From positions 69,403 through 133,402 of the forward strand of contig CAWDAI010000013.1 of the NCBI GenBank assembly GCA_963800275.1: 64,000 bases of DNA, written 5' to 3'. Every line of letters begins with the position of its first letter. Positions within the stretch are counted from its first letter, which is position 1. A program made the translations under genes and the position numbers. Below, one piece after another: positions 17,942 to 26,600 of the stretch. The notes under the pieces are model-generated. The model did not search any database. It saw nothing but the letters and a program-made list of their open reading frames with translations, and was not told the DNA's origin. The stretch is from an uncultured Chloroflexia bacterium (GTDB lineage Bacteria; Chloroflexota; Limnocylindria; Limnocylindrales; CSP1-4).

Positions 17942-18760
17942 ATGGGCCAGCGAACTCCGCAAGAGGAGATGCACGCCTTCCTGATCGGGGAGGACCAGGT
18001 CACGAGCTGGATGCGTCGCGTGCTGTCGCGGCTTCCGAGCGGACCCAACTGCAAGATCTGCGCGGCCCCCTTCTCCGGACCGGCTGGAGCCGTGCTGCGG
18101 CACGTCGGCTTCTCCCGCTACGCAGGCAACCCCCTGCTCTGCAACTTCTGCATCAAGGGGCTGCAGGAGCAGGGGGTGCAGGGTGCGGAGATCCCCGTCA
18201 GCCTCCTCTTCGCCGACATCCGCGGGTCGACCACCATCGGCGAACGCCTGTCCGCGACCGAGTTCCGTGCCTTCCTCGACCGCTTCTATCGGCTCGCTTC
18301 CGATGCCGTTCTGGCCAATGGCGGCATCGTGGACAAGTTCGTTGGCGACGAGGTCATCGGCCTCTTCTTCCAGGGTGTCAGCGGAGAACGTCATACCGAG
18401 GCTGCGGTAGCGGCCGGCCGCGAGCTGATGCGACAGGTCGGGCGCGCGCCCGCAGCGGGGCTGGAACCGATCCCGGTCGGGGCAGCCGTGCACACCGGAG
18501 AGGCGTACGTGGGTTCCACCGCCGCTGCCGACATCGTCAGCGATTTCACCGCCCTCGGGGACGTCGTCAACACGACGGCTCGACTGGTCAGCGAGGCTGC
18601 CGCCGGCGAGCTGCTGGTCTCGGCCGATGCCGCCGGGGCGGCTGGGCTGGACGTGGCCGGACTCGATAGCCGGTCACTGACGGTGCGTGGTCGGGCCGGG
18701 GCCATCGACGTCGTCGTGCTGCAACCTGCAGTCGGACCCGCGTCGGGAGGCGGGAGCTGA
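17942..18760 (+). CDS. Class III adenylate/guanylate cyclase with an N-terminal zinc-ribbon-like segment
   Basis: CKICAAPF...CNFC precedes the catalytic domain VSLLFADIRGSTTIGERL...DKFVGDEVIGLF...GDVVNTTARL. Confidence 0.85.
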   Translation: MGQRTPQEEMHAFLIGEDQVTSWMRRVLSRLPSGPNCKICAAPFSGPAGAVLRHVGFSRYAGNPLLCNFCIKGLQEQGVQGAEIPVSLLFADIRGSTTIGERLSATEFRAFLDRFYRLASDAVLANGGIVDKFVGDEVIGLFFQGVSGERHTEAAVAAGRELMRQVGRAPAAGLEPIPVGAAVHTGEAYVGSTAAADIVSDFTALGDVVNTTARLVSEAAAGELLVSADAAGAAGLDVAGLDSRSLTVRGRAGAIDVVVLQPAVGPASGGGS

Positions 18761-18788
18761 GGAGAGCCGGCTACTTCGGTCTGCCGGA

Positions 18789-18830
18789 CCTCAGGTGTGC
18801 GGAACCCTCAGCGTGCGGAGCCCTCAGTCC
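18789..18830 (+). repeat. Short intergenic tandem repeat (about 2.5 copies of a 16-17 nt unit)
   Basis: CCTCAGGTGTGCGGAAC / CCTCAGCGTGCGGAGC / CCTCAGTCC. Confidence 0.5.
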
Positions 18831-18918
18831 CTGACCGGCTGAGTGGGCCACTTGCCCTGCGGCCGCCACGGCCCGATGATGGCCACTCTCTCATCCAACC
18901 TCCTCGGGAGATCGCCCT

Positions 18919-19911
18919 ATGGATCGCCGATCCCACCCACTGTTCCTGGTCACGATCCTGACCAGCTTGCTGCTCCTCGTCGTCTTGGCTTCCCCGGTGA
19001 GCGCGGCCCGCGACAAATGGTCGCTCGCCATCTACCACGACTCGGTCGTGGTCACGCTCACGAATGCTGCGTCTGATGGTCACCAGCTGGGGGACCTCCG
19101 CGTCACCTCGACCGAAACGACCGATGCCGATGGCCAGGTGATCGGTCGCCTCGAGGCGACACTGACGACGACCTCGGTCGATGTGCCGGCCGCGGGGGAC
19201 GAGGTGCGCATCAGCACCCTCGTCTTCTCGTTCGGCGATGACGGCTCGGATCAGGTCGTGGTCGGTGGCAGCGCCCTCTACCCGGCCCAGGGCCCCACCA
19301 TCGCCACCGGCAACGTCACGACTCGACCGATCCTGGGCGGATCAGGGCGGTTCTCCGGGGCCGCGGGCTACGCGGTAACAGAGCACCTCGCAGATGACAG
19401 CTGGGTCCACACGCTCCACTTCACAGATAGCAAGAAGATCAAGCTCGACAAGAAGGCCGAGAAGGTCAAGGGCAGCAAGGGCGCTGGTGTGGACACGGGT
19501 GTATCCGTCGTCGGCACCGACGGACCCGCCATCGAGGAAGTCGGTATCACCCGTACCGATCTGGGGACCGCCCTTCCGGCTTCGGCCCCCGGTGAGGAGC
19601 TGGGATTGTGGCAGTACCGCATCCCCGCCGGCGCGGAGCTGGCTCCGCACACACATGCCGGCTGGCAGATCGCACGCATCGCTCGCGGGGCGCTCGACTA
19701 CACCATCATCTCGGGTCAGGGCACGCTGATCCACGCGGATGGGTCCCGCCAACCCGTCGGCCCCGGCACATATACGCTCCAGACCGGCGACAGCATCGTC
19801 GAGGATCCGGAACTACAGCACTATGGGGCGAACGCCACCGACGGCGACGTGGTGATACTCGCGGCCACGCTCTACACGGAAGGCGCGCCTCTCTCCATCC
19901 CGATCGACTGA
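18919..19911 (+). CDS. Secreted fusion of a dirigent/allene-oxide-cyclase-like barrel and a cupin domain
   Basis: Signal/TM segment LFLVTILTSLLLLVVLASPVSA. The N-terminal domain has GDLRV...GQVIGRLEA...ILGGSGRFSGAAGY (dirigent-like). The C-terminal part has PAGAELAPHTHAGWQIARI...G (cupin_2-like). Confidence 0.65.
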   Translation: MDRRSHPLFLVTILTSLLLLVVLASPVSAARDKWSLAIYHDSVVVTLTNAASDGHQLGDLRVTSTETTDADGQVIGRLEATLTTTSVDVPAAGDEVRISTLVFSFGDDGSDQVVVGGSALYPAQGPTIATGNVTTRPILGGSGRFSGAAGYAVTEHLADDSWVHTLHFTDSKKIKLDKKAEKVKGSKGAGVDTGVSVVGTDGPAIEEVGITRTDLGTALPASAPGEELGLWQYRIPAGAELAPHTHAGWQIARIARGALDYTIISGQGTLIHADGSRQPVGPGTYTLQTGDSIVEDPELQHYGANATDGDVVILAATLYTEGAPLSIPID

Positions 19912-20336
19912 GCGGTCCGCGCCGACGATGGGCTGCCACGGCCTCGACACGCAGGGGGCCACCGCAGGAGGTCCAGACGCTTCGGGTGTGACGCCTGGCT
20001 TGCCGGCGTCAGTGGCCTCGCCTTCCTCGTGGTGATGATCATCGGCGACGCCGCCGACGCCGGACGCCGCGAGCCTCGGCCCGATCGGCCATGGGGGCGT
20101 CACGCATGATCGTCTACCCCCCGCTGCTTTGGCTCAGGGCGCTCGGTGGCTACCTCATGGCCAGCGACACGACGGAGGCGCGCCGCTGAGCCGGGCTCGC
20201 ACTCGCCTCGAGCCGCATTCGCCGTGTCAGGGGCCCGCATTGACTTCACCCCCGGCACTGCCCACTATGCAGGGTGCCGGACGATCCGGGTGACCTCGGG
20301 ATCGTCCTCAAGCCAGCGGGGGGCAAGGAGGTCGCC

Positions 20337-20447
20337 ATGGCCGGCCAGCCCGAATGTGCGCGTCTGTCCGCAGGGCATATCCAGGCTGTCTCGAGCGGGC
20401 TTCTGCGTGCGCCTGCGGTCGCGTTCGAGCCCGTGCGCCTCAGCTGA
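20337..20447 (+). CDS. Candidate 36-codon upstream ORF preceding the cyclase-STAND gene
   Basis: AAGGAGG lies 5 nt before ATG 20337. MAGQPECARLSAGHIQAVSSGLLRAPAVAFEPVRLS ends at TGA 20445-20447, 9 nt before the cyclase ATG. Third-position GC is about 74% by hand count, lower than typical genes here. Confidence 0.3.
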   Translation: MAGQPECARLSAGHIQAVSSGLLRAPAVAFEPVRLS

Positions 20448-20456
20448 CGGCGCGAG

Positions 20457-23126
20457 ATGGGAGCCGGGACCAGAGACACACTCCAGTCGCTGCCGACCGG
20501 CACCGTCACGTTCCTCTTCACCGACATCGAGGGATCGACGCGGCTGCTCTCGAAGCTGGGCAAGGGCTACGACCCGGTGCTGGCGACGCACACCCGCCTG
20601 CTGCGTGAGGCCGTCGAGCGGCGTGGTGGCGTGGTGGTCAATACCGAGGGCGACGCGCTCTTCGTGGTCTTCGATTCGGCTGGCGAGGCCGTGGAGGCGG
20701 TGGTCGCCGCGCAGCGAGCTCTGACCTCGACGCCTTGGCCGGAGGAGGTCGAGATCCGCGTGCGGATGGGGCTGCATACCGGAGAAGGGCGCCTGGGAGG
20801 GGAGGACTACGTCGGTCTCGACGTCAATCGCACCGCGCGCATCGCCAACGCCGGCCACGGCGGGCAGTCACTGCTATCGGACGCCACCGCCTCCCTCATC
20901 GCCCCGGCCTTGCCCTCGGGGGTGCGGCTTCGCGACCTCGGACTCCATCATCTCAAGGACCTGCCCGCGCCCGAGCACCTGTGGCAGCTGGAGATCGACG
21001 GCCTGAAGGCTGAGTTCCCGCCCTTGCGGACGGCTGGGCACGGGGGCGCGCACCTGCCCGCGGAGGTGAACTCGTTCGTGGGTCGCGCCGAGGTGGAGGC
21101 CGTCCTGCGCCTTACCGAGAGCGCGCGTTTGGTGACGCTGACCGGGCCCGGCGGAACGGGCAAGACGCGCCTGTCGCGAAAGGTGGCCGCGGAGGTCGCC
21201 CATCGCTTCGATGACGGTGTCTACTTCGTGGCCCTCGATGCCGTCACCGATGCCGACCTCGTGGCCTCCGAGATCGCGTCGACGCTGTCGCTGGCAGGTG
21301 GCACGAATGCGCCACTGGAGCGCGTCCTCGACTACCTGCGCGAGCGCGACGTGCTGCTCGTCCTGGACAACATGGAGCAGGTCATCGAGGCGGCCGCGGA
21401 TGTGGCGCGCATCCTCAAGGAGTGCGCGCGGGTGAGCATCGTGGCCACCAGCCGCATCCCCCTGCGCATCTATGGGGAACGGGAGTTCGCTGTGCCGGCT
21501 CTCGCGACCCCCACGCCAGGCGAGCCGCTCGATCCCGAGCGCGCGGCGCGGTTCGAGGCCGTCCGACTGTTCGTCGACCGCGCTGTCGACGCGCAGCCGC
21601 ACTTCCGACTCGATGCCGACAACGCCACGGTCGTGGGCGATATCGTGGCTCGACTCGATGGCCTGCCGCTGGCCATCGAGCTGGCGGCCGCCCGCCTGCG
21701 CACCCTCCCTCTCGAGGCCCTCCGCACGCGTCTCGACTCCCGCCTCGACGCGCTCACCGGCGGCGCCCGCGACGTACCCAAGCGACAGCGCACGCTGCGG
21801 GCCGCGATCGACTGGAGCCACGAGCTGCTCGATGAGCCTGACCGCCGGCTCTTCGCGCGCTTCTCGGTCATGGCCGGTGGCGCCATCCTCGACCAGATCG
21901 AGCCGACCTGCGGATCGACCGACGAGATCGGTCGCGAGCTATCCGATGGGCTCGAGGACCTCAGCGAGCACAGCCTTGTCTATGTCGACACGCAGAGCTC
22001 GTCGGACCCTCGCTTCGCGATGCTGGCGACCATCCGCGAATACGCGCGCGAGCGGCTCGAGGCCTCCGCTGAGGAGGAGCTCATCCGGGCTCGCCACGCT
22101 CAGGCCTACCTGGCCCTGGCGGAAGCCGCGGCGCCGCACCTGCTGGGGACTGACGGCGCACGCTGGAACGACCGACTCGAAGTCGAGCATGACAATCTGC
22201 GCTCCGCGCTCGACTGGGTCATCGAGCGAGACGAGGCCGCGCTGGGGATGCGCATGGTGGCGGCCCTGTGGCGCTTCTGGCAGGTCCGTGGCCACCTCTA
22301 CGAGGGCGACGAACGCGTGCATGCCGTGCTGGCCTTGCCCTCCGCCCATGAGCGACCGGCGGAGCTCCGGGCGCGCGCGGAATCGGCGGCCGGCGGGATC
22401 GCCTGGTGGCGCTCCGACTTCGAAGCGACCCACCGGCACTACGCTGCCGCGCTCGAGCTCGCGCGCACGACCGACGACAAGCCGTTGCTGGCCGAGGCGC
22501 TCTACAACGCCGGCTTCGTCCTGGACCCGACAGAGACGGACACCCTGCAGCGCTACCTGCTGGGCCGACCGCTCTTCGAGGAGAGTCTCGCGCTCTACCG
22601 CGAGCTGGGTGACACGGGGGGCGTGGCCAGCTGCCTGTGGGGGCTCGCCTTCGCCGCTGCGGCCGAGCGCGACCTCGATGCGGCGCTCGACCTGGGCAGC
22701 CAGAGCCTGGAGCTCAGTCGCGAGCTGGATGATCCGTTTCGGATCGGCTGGGCCGCTCACTTCGTGGGGCTCTGCTCGATGGTCACCGGACGACCGGAGG
22801 CAGCCGCGGAGATGCTCGGCGAGTCGCTGGATATCTGGAGCCGCGCGGGCGACAAGAGCGGCATGGTGCTGCTCGTCGGCGCCATCGCCACGCTCGCGGG
22901 CGCCAGGGGTCGGGCAGAGCGGCAATGGCGACTCTACGGAGCCGTCGACCGCCTGAGAGTGGAGACGGGCACCGACCTCGTGAACCAAAGCATCGAGATC
23001 CTGGGCTGGCGACCCGTTTCCGAGCCCGAGACCGACGAACAGCGGGCCTGGTTCGAGTCCGGTGGCGCCCTGTCCATGGACGACGCCGTTGCCCTCGCCC
23101 GGGTGGAGGTCGCGGAAGGGGCCTGA
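20457..23126 (+). CDS. Class III nucleotidyl cyclase fused to a STAND/NB-ARC-type ATPase and TPR repeats
   Basis: N-terminal TVTFLFTDIEGSTRLL...EGDALFVVF...VNRTARI. Walker A LTGPGGTGKTRLS and Walker B LLVLDNMEQV. The C-terminal half is helical-repeat-rich. Confidence 0.9.
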   Translation: MGAGTRDTLQSLPTGTVTFLFTDIEGSTRLLSKLGKGYDPVLATHTRLLREAVERRGGVVVNTEGDALFVVFDSAGEAVEAVVAAQRALTSTPWPEEVEIRVRMGLHTGEGRLGGEDYVGLDVNRTARIANAGHGGQSLLSDATASLIAPALPSGVRLRDLGLHHLKDLPAPEHLWQLEIDGLKAEFPPLRTAGHGGAHLPAEVNSFVGRAEVEAVLRLTESARLVTLTGPGGTGKTRLSRKVAAEVAHRFDDGVYFVALDAVTDADLVASEIASTLSLAGGTNAPLERVLDYLRERDVLLVLDNMEQVIEAAADVARILKECARVSIVATSRIPLRIYGEREFAVPALATPTPGEPLDPERAARFEAVRLFVDRAVDAQPHFRLDADNATVVGDIVARLDGLPLAIELAAARLRTLPLEALRTRLDSRLDALTGGARDVPKRQRTLRAAIDWSHELLDEPDRRLFARFSVMAGGAILDQIEPTCGSTDEIGRELSDGLEDLSEHSLVYVDTQSSSDPRFAMLATIREYARERLEASAEEELIRARHAQAYLALAEAAAPHLLGTDGARWNDRLEVEHDNLRSALDWVIERDEAALGMRMVAALWRFWQVRGHLYEGDERVHAVLALPSAHERPAELRARAESAAGGIAWWRSDFEATHRHYAAALELARTTDDKPLLAEALYNAGFVLDPTETDTLQRYLLGRPLFEESLALYRELGDTGGVASCLWGLAFAAAAERDLDAALDLGSQSLELSRELDDPFRIGWAAHFVGLCSMVTGRPEAAAEMLGESLDIWSRAGDKSGMVLLVGAIATLAGARGRAERQWRLYGAVDRLRVETGTDLVNQSIEILGWRPVSEPETDEQRAWFESGGALSMDDAVALARVEVAEGA

Positions 23127-23202
23127 GGGACTGGCCGGTGACCTGCATGACAGGTCCCCCCGGGTGTAGGCTCGAGGGCAGACGCGATGGCAGGGGGGAT
23201 CG

Positions 23203-25677
23203 ATGCCGGAGCCGGCCCCGCAGGGCAGCGGATCAGCGGATCAGCGGACCGATGAGGATCTGCGTGCCGATGCCGGACTGGGCGATGACGAGGGCCTGAC
23301 CAGCGCGGTCGCAGCCGCACGACTGGGCCGCTACGGACCGAACACCATCGAGGGCGAACGGCGCCACCTTTGGCTCGAGATCGGGTCGCACTTCTGGGGC
23401 CCCATCCCATGGATGATCGAGGTCGCCCTGGTGCTGACCGCACTGACCGCGCGCTGGACCGACTTCGGCATCATCGCCGCGCTGCTGGTGCTCAACGGTG
23501 TCGTCGGCTTCTGGGAGGAGCACCAGGCCAGCAGTGCCATCGAGGCCCTCAAGGACCGCCTCGCGCGACAGGCGCGCGTCAAGCGCGAAGGCGACTGGCT
23601 CGAGCTCGACGTGGCCGAGGTCGTGCCCGGTGATCTGGTGGCGGTGGAGCGGGGCGACATCATCCCCGCCGACGCGAAGATCCTGGTCGGTCGCGGAGAG
23701 GCCGACGAATCGGCCCTCACTGGCAAATCGCTGCCGGTCGACAAGGGGCCGGGCGACGTCATCCACTCCGGCGCCATCCTGGTCACGGGCGGGCCGACCG
23801 CGCGCGTGCTGGCCACCGGTTCGGCCACCATGTTCGGGCGCACCGCACTCCTGGCCGACCGCAAGCCACCGCCGAGCCACTTCCAGCAGGCGGTCCTGAA
23901 GATCGGCCGAGCGCTGATCATCCTGGCGCTGGCCCTGGTCGCGGTCATCATGGTCGTCTCGCTGGCGCGGGGCACGAGCCTCACCGACACCCTGGAGCTG
24001 GCGCTGGTGGTAACCATCGCCTCCGTGCCCGTGGCCTTGCCGGCGGTGATGTCGGTGACCATGGCCGTGGGTGCCCGCATGCTCGCCCAGCACGACGCTG
24101 TGGTCAGCCATCTCCCGGCCATGGAGGAGATGGCCGGAGTCGATGTGCTGTGCTCGGACAAGACCGGCACCATCACCCGCAATGAGCTCGCGGTGGCCGC
24201 CGTCGAGGTCCTGCAGGCCGGCCTCAGCCGTGCCGATGTCCTGGTTGCCGCCGCGCTCACCAGTGAACCCAGCAGCGGCGACCCCATCGACGAGGCCGTG
24301 CTGGAACAGGTCGACCAGGCGGCATTGGCCCGCTACTCGGTGCTCGACCTCCAGCCGTTCGATCCCACGCGCAAGCGGGCCGAGGCCACCATCCGTGACC
24401 GAAGCGGTACCGAGACGCGGGTGGCCAAGGGCGCGACGCAGGCGGTCCTCGAGCTCGCCGGTGGCGATCCCGACGTCGCCCAGCAGCTGTCTCGGACCAC
24501 GAACGCATTCGCCGGCAAGGGCTACCGGGCGCTGGCCGTGGCCGGGTCGTCGGAGGGGTCCGCCGACTGGCACATCATGGGTGTCCTTGGCTTGCAGGAT
24601 CCCCCGCGCGAGGACTCGCGGGACACGCTGATCAAGGCGGAGCAGCTGGGCGTCGAGGTCAAGATGGTCACCGGCGACCGTGTGGAGATCGCGCGCGAGG
24701 TCGCGCGCATGGTGGGCATGGACGATCACATCCTCGAGGCCGGGGCCCTGCGTGCCGAGGACTCTGACCAGGCGACCCTCGTGAAGTCGGTCGAGGCCGC
24801 GGCGGGATACGCCCAGGTCGTGCCGGAGGACAAGTATCGGATCGTGGAGTTGCTCCAGGGCGACGGTCACATCGTGGCCATGACCGGCGACGGCGTGAAC
24901 GACGTCCCGGCCCTCGAACGTGCCGATGCCGGCATCGCGGTCTCCGGAGCCACCGACGCGGCGCGGGCGGCCGCTGACATCGTGCTCCTGGCGCCCGGCC
25001 TCTCGACCATCATCGAGGCTATCCACCGCTCCCGGGAAGTCTTCCAGCGGATGAAGAACTACGCCATCTATCGCATCACCGAGACGATCCGCGTCGTCCT
25101 CTTCGTGACCCTGGCCATCCTCGCCTTCGGCTTCTTCCCGGTCGCTCCCATCCAGGTCGTGCTGCTGGCCATCCTCAACGATGGCGCCATCCTCTCCATC
25201 GCCTACGACCGCGTCCGCGGCTCGGCCCGTCCCGTCCGCTGGGATCTCTCCGAGGTCCTGGCCATCGCGACGGTGCTCGGCCTGGTCGGCCTGGCCTCGT
25301 CACTGGTCCTGCTCTGGCTGGCGCAGGGTCCGCTCTCGCTGGCCGACGGACAGGTCCAGACCTTGATGTACCTGAAGCTCTCGGTCGCCGGGCACCTGAC
25401 GATCTTCGCGGCCCGGACCCATGGTCCGTTCTGGTCGTTCCGGCCAGCTGGCATCCTGGTGGGCGCGGTGCTCGGGACGCAGGTACTGGCCACGGCCATC
25501 GCGGTCTCCGGCTTCCTGATGCAGCCGATCAGCCCGGGCCTGGCCGCACTGGCCTGGGCCTATGCACTCTTCGAGTTCCTCCTGCTCGACCGGGCCAAGG
25601 TCATCGCCTACGGCCTCCTCGAGCGACGCGGGCTGGCCTCGGCCGAGCTGGCCCCGGCTGAGCCGGCGACCGCGTAG
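23203..25677 (+). CDS. P-type ATPase, plasma-membrane H+-ATPase-like (P3A-like)
   Basis: CSDKTGTITRN, KGA, DPPR, MVTGD, GDGVNDVPAL, an N-terminal FWGPIPWMIE, and M6 LNDG. The A-domain motif reads TGKS instead of TGES. Confidence 0.9.
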   Translation: MPEPAPQGSGSADQRTDEDLRADAGLGDDEGLTSAVAAARLGRYGPNTIEGERRHLWLEIGSHFWGPIPWMIEVALVLTALTARWTDFGIIAALLVLNGVVGFWEEHQASSAIEALKDRLARQARVKREGDWLELDVAEVVPGDLVAVERGDIIPADAKILVGRGEADESALTGKSLPVDKGPGDVIHSGAILVTGGPTARVLATGSATMFGRTALLADRKPPPSHFQQAVLKIGRALIILALALVAVIMVVSLARGTSLTDTLELALVVTIASVPVALPAVMSVTMAVGARMLAQHDAVVSHLPAMEEMAGVDVLCSDKTGTITRNELAVAAVEVLQAGLSRADVLVAAALTSEPSSGDPIDEAVLEQVDQAALARYSVLDLQPFDPTRKRAEATIRDRSGTETRVAKGATQAVLELAGGDPDVAQQLSRTTNAFAGKGYRALAVAGSSEGSADWHIMGVLGLQDPPREDSRDTLIKAEQLGVEVKMVTGDRVEIAREVARMVGMDDHILEAGALRAEDSDQATLVKSVEAAAGYAQVVPEDKYRIVELLQGDGHIVAMTGDGVNDVPALERADAGIAVSGATDAARAAADIVLLAPGLSTIIEAIHRSREVFQRMKNYAIYRITETIRVVLFVTLAILAFGFFPVAPIQVVLLAILNDGAILSIAYDRVRGSARPVRWDLSEVLAIATVLGLVGLASSLVLLWLAQGPLSLADGQVQTLMYLKLSVAGHLTIFAARTHGPFWSFRPAGILVGAVLGTQVLATAIAVSGFLMQPISPGLAALAWAYALFEFLLLDRAKVIAYGLLERRGLASAELAPAEPATA

Positions 25678-25734
25678 CACCAGGGAGACGGGGGAACCTG
25701 CGCCGGTCCCGTCCGCAGACGCTCGCAGGCAGGC

Positions 25735-25767
25735 TTGACGGGCAGGCGATACAACGATATGGTTGTA
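25735..25767 (+). promoter_or_regulatory. Putative promoter with an overlapping operator for the ArsR-family gene
   Basis: TTGACG (25735-25740), 17-nt spacer, TATGGT (25758-25763), then 7 nt to ATG 25771. The inverted repeat TACAAC-GATATG-GTTGTA (25750-25767) overlaps the -10. Confidence 0.45.
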
Positions 25768-25770
25768 CCA

Positions 25771-26100
25771 ATGCAGGTGACAGCGACCGACTACGACCGG
25801 GTCTTCGCGGCCCTCTCCGATGCGACTCGTCGGGACATCGTGTTTCGCGCGATCGACGGGCAGGAGGGTGTCGCCGAGCTGGCCGAGCACTACCCCATGA
25901 GCTTCGCGGCGGTGCAGAAGCACGTCGCGCTCCTCGAACGGGCGGGGCTGGTCACCAAGCAGCGGGCCGGACGGCGACTGATCGTGCGGACCGACCTCGG
26001 GGGGCTCACCGTGGCCCGCGACCTCCTCGACCAATTCGAGGAGCTCTGGCAGGCACGCATCCATCGCATGGGCGAGATCATCGCCGCCGACCGGGAGTAG
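25771..26100 (+). CDS. ArsR/SmtB-family transcriptional regulator
   Basis: Winged helix-turn-helix FAALSDATRRDIVFRA...VAELAEHYPMSFAAVQKHVALLERAGLV. Start chosen at MQVTATDY (leaderless model). Alternatives at 25735 (TTG) and 25759. Confidence 0.85.
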   Translation: MQVTATDYDRVFAALSDATRRDIVFRAIDGQEGVAELAEHYPMSFAAVQKHVALLERAGLVTKQRAGRRLIVRTDLGGLTVARDLLDQFEELWQARIHRMGEIIAADRE

Positions 26101-26105
26101 CCTTC

Positions 26106-26600
26106 ATGACCGTCACCGCCGTCCGCAAGGATCCAGCCTCGCTCTCCCTCGAGCTCGAGGCCGAGTTCGAAGCCACACCCGAGCGCGTCTGGGAGCTGTG
26201 GGCCGACCCGCGTCAGCTCGAGCGCTGGTGGGGACCACCGACGTACCCGGCGACCTTCACCGCCCATGACCTGCGCGCCGGTGGCCGCGTGGCCTACCAC
26301 ATGACCGGCCCGACGGGCGACCAACCGCGTGGCTACTGGGTCGTGGACGAGGTCGACCCGCCGCGCACGATCCGCTTCCGTGACGGATTCGCGGATGCGG
26401 CCGGCGAGCCCGACCCGAGCATGCCCGAATCGCACACCTCCGTGTCCATCGAGGAGGTGGGGGCAGGGCGTACCCGGATGACGCTGCGCAGCGTCTTCCC
26501 CGATCTCGCTTCCATGGAGCGACTCATCGAGATGGGCATGGAAGAGGGCCTCAAGGGCGCCGTGGGGCAGATCGACGCGATCCTGGCCGAAGATGCCTGA
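26106..26600 (+). CDS. SRPBCC / Aha1-domain protein
   Basis: PERVWELWADPRQLERWWGP...GGRVAYHMTGP is typical of the AHSA1/SRPBCC family that commonly follows ArsR regulators. Confidence 0.85.
   Translation: MTVTAVRKDPASLSLELEAEFEATPERVWELWADPRQLERWWGPPTYPATFTAHDLRAGGRVAYHMTGPTGDQPRGYWVVDEVDPPRTIRFRDGFADAAGEPDPSMPESHTSVSIEEVGAGRTRMTLRSVFPDLASMERLIEMGMEEGLKGAVGQIDAILAEDA

Noticed and set aside
19912-20336. Possible small membrane ORF (WLAGVSGLAFLVVMIIG) between the cupin gene and the cyclase
   Set aside because: It has no plausible start codon with an SD, and the frame upstream of the hydrophobic segment is Arg-rich.
23233-25026. 597-aa minus-strand ORF
   Set aside because: It is antisense to the P-type ATPase and has low-complexity Arg/Gly/Asp composition. 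It is a shadow ORF.
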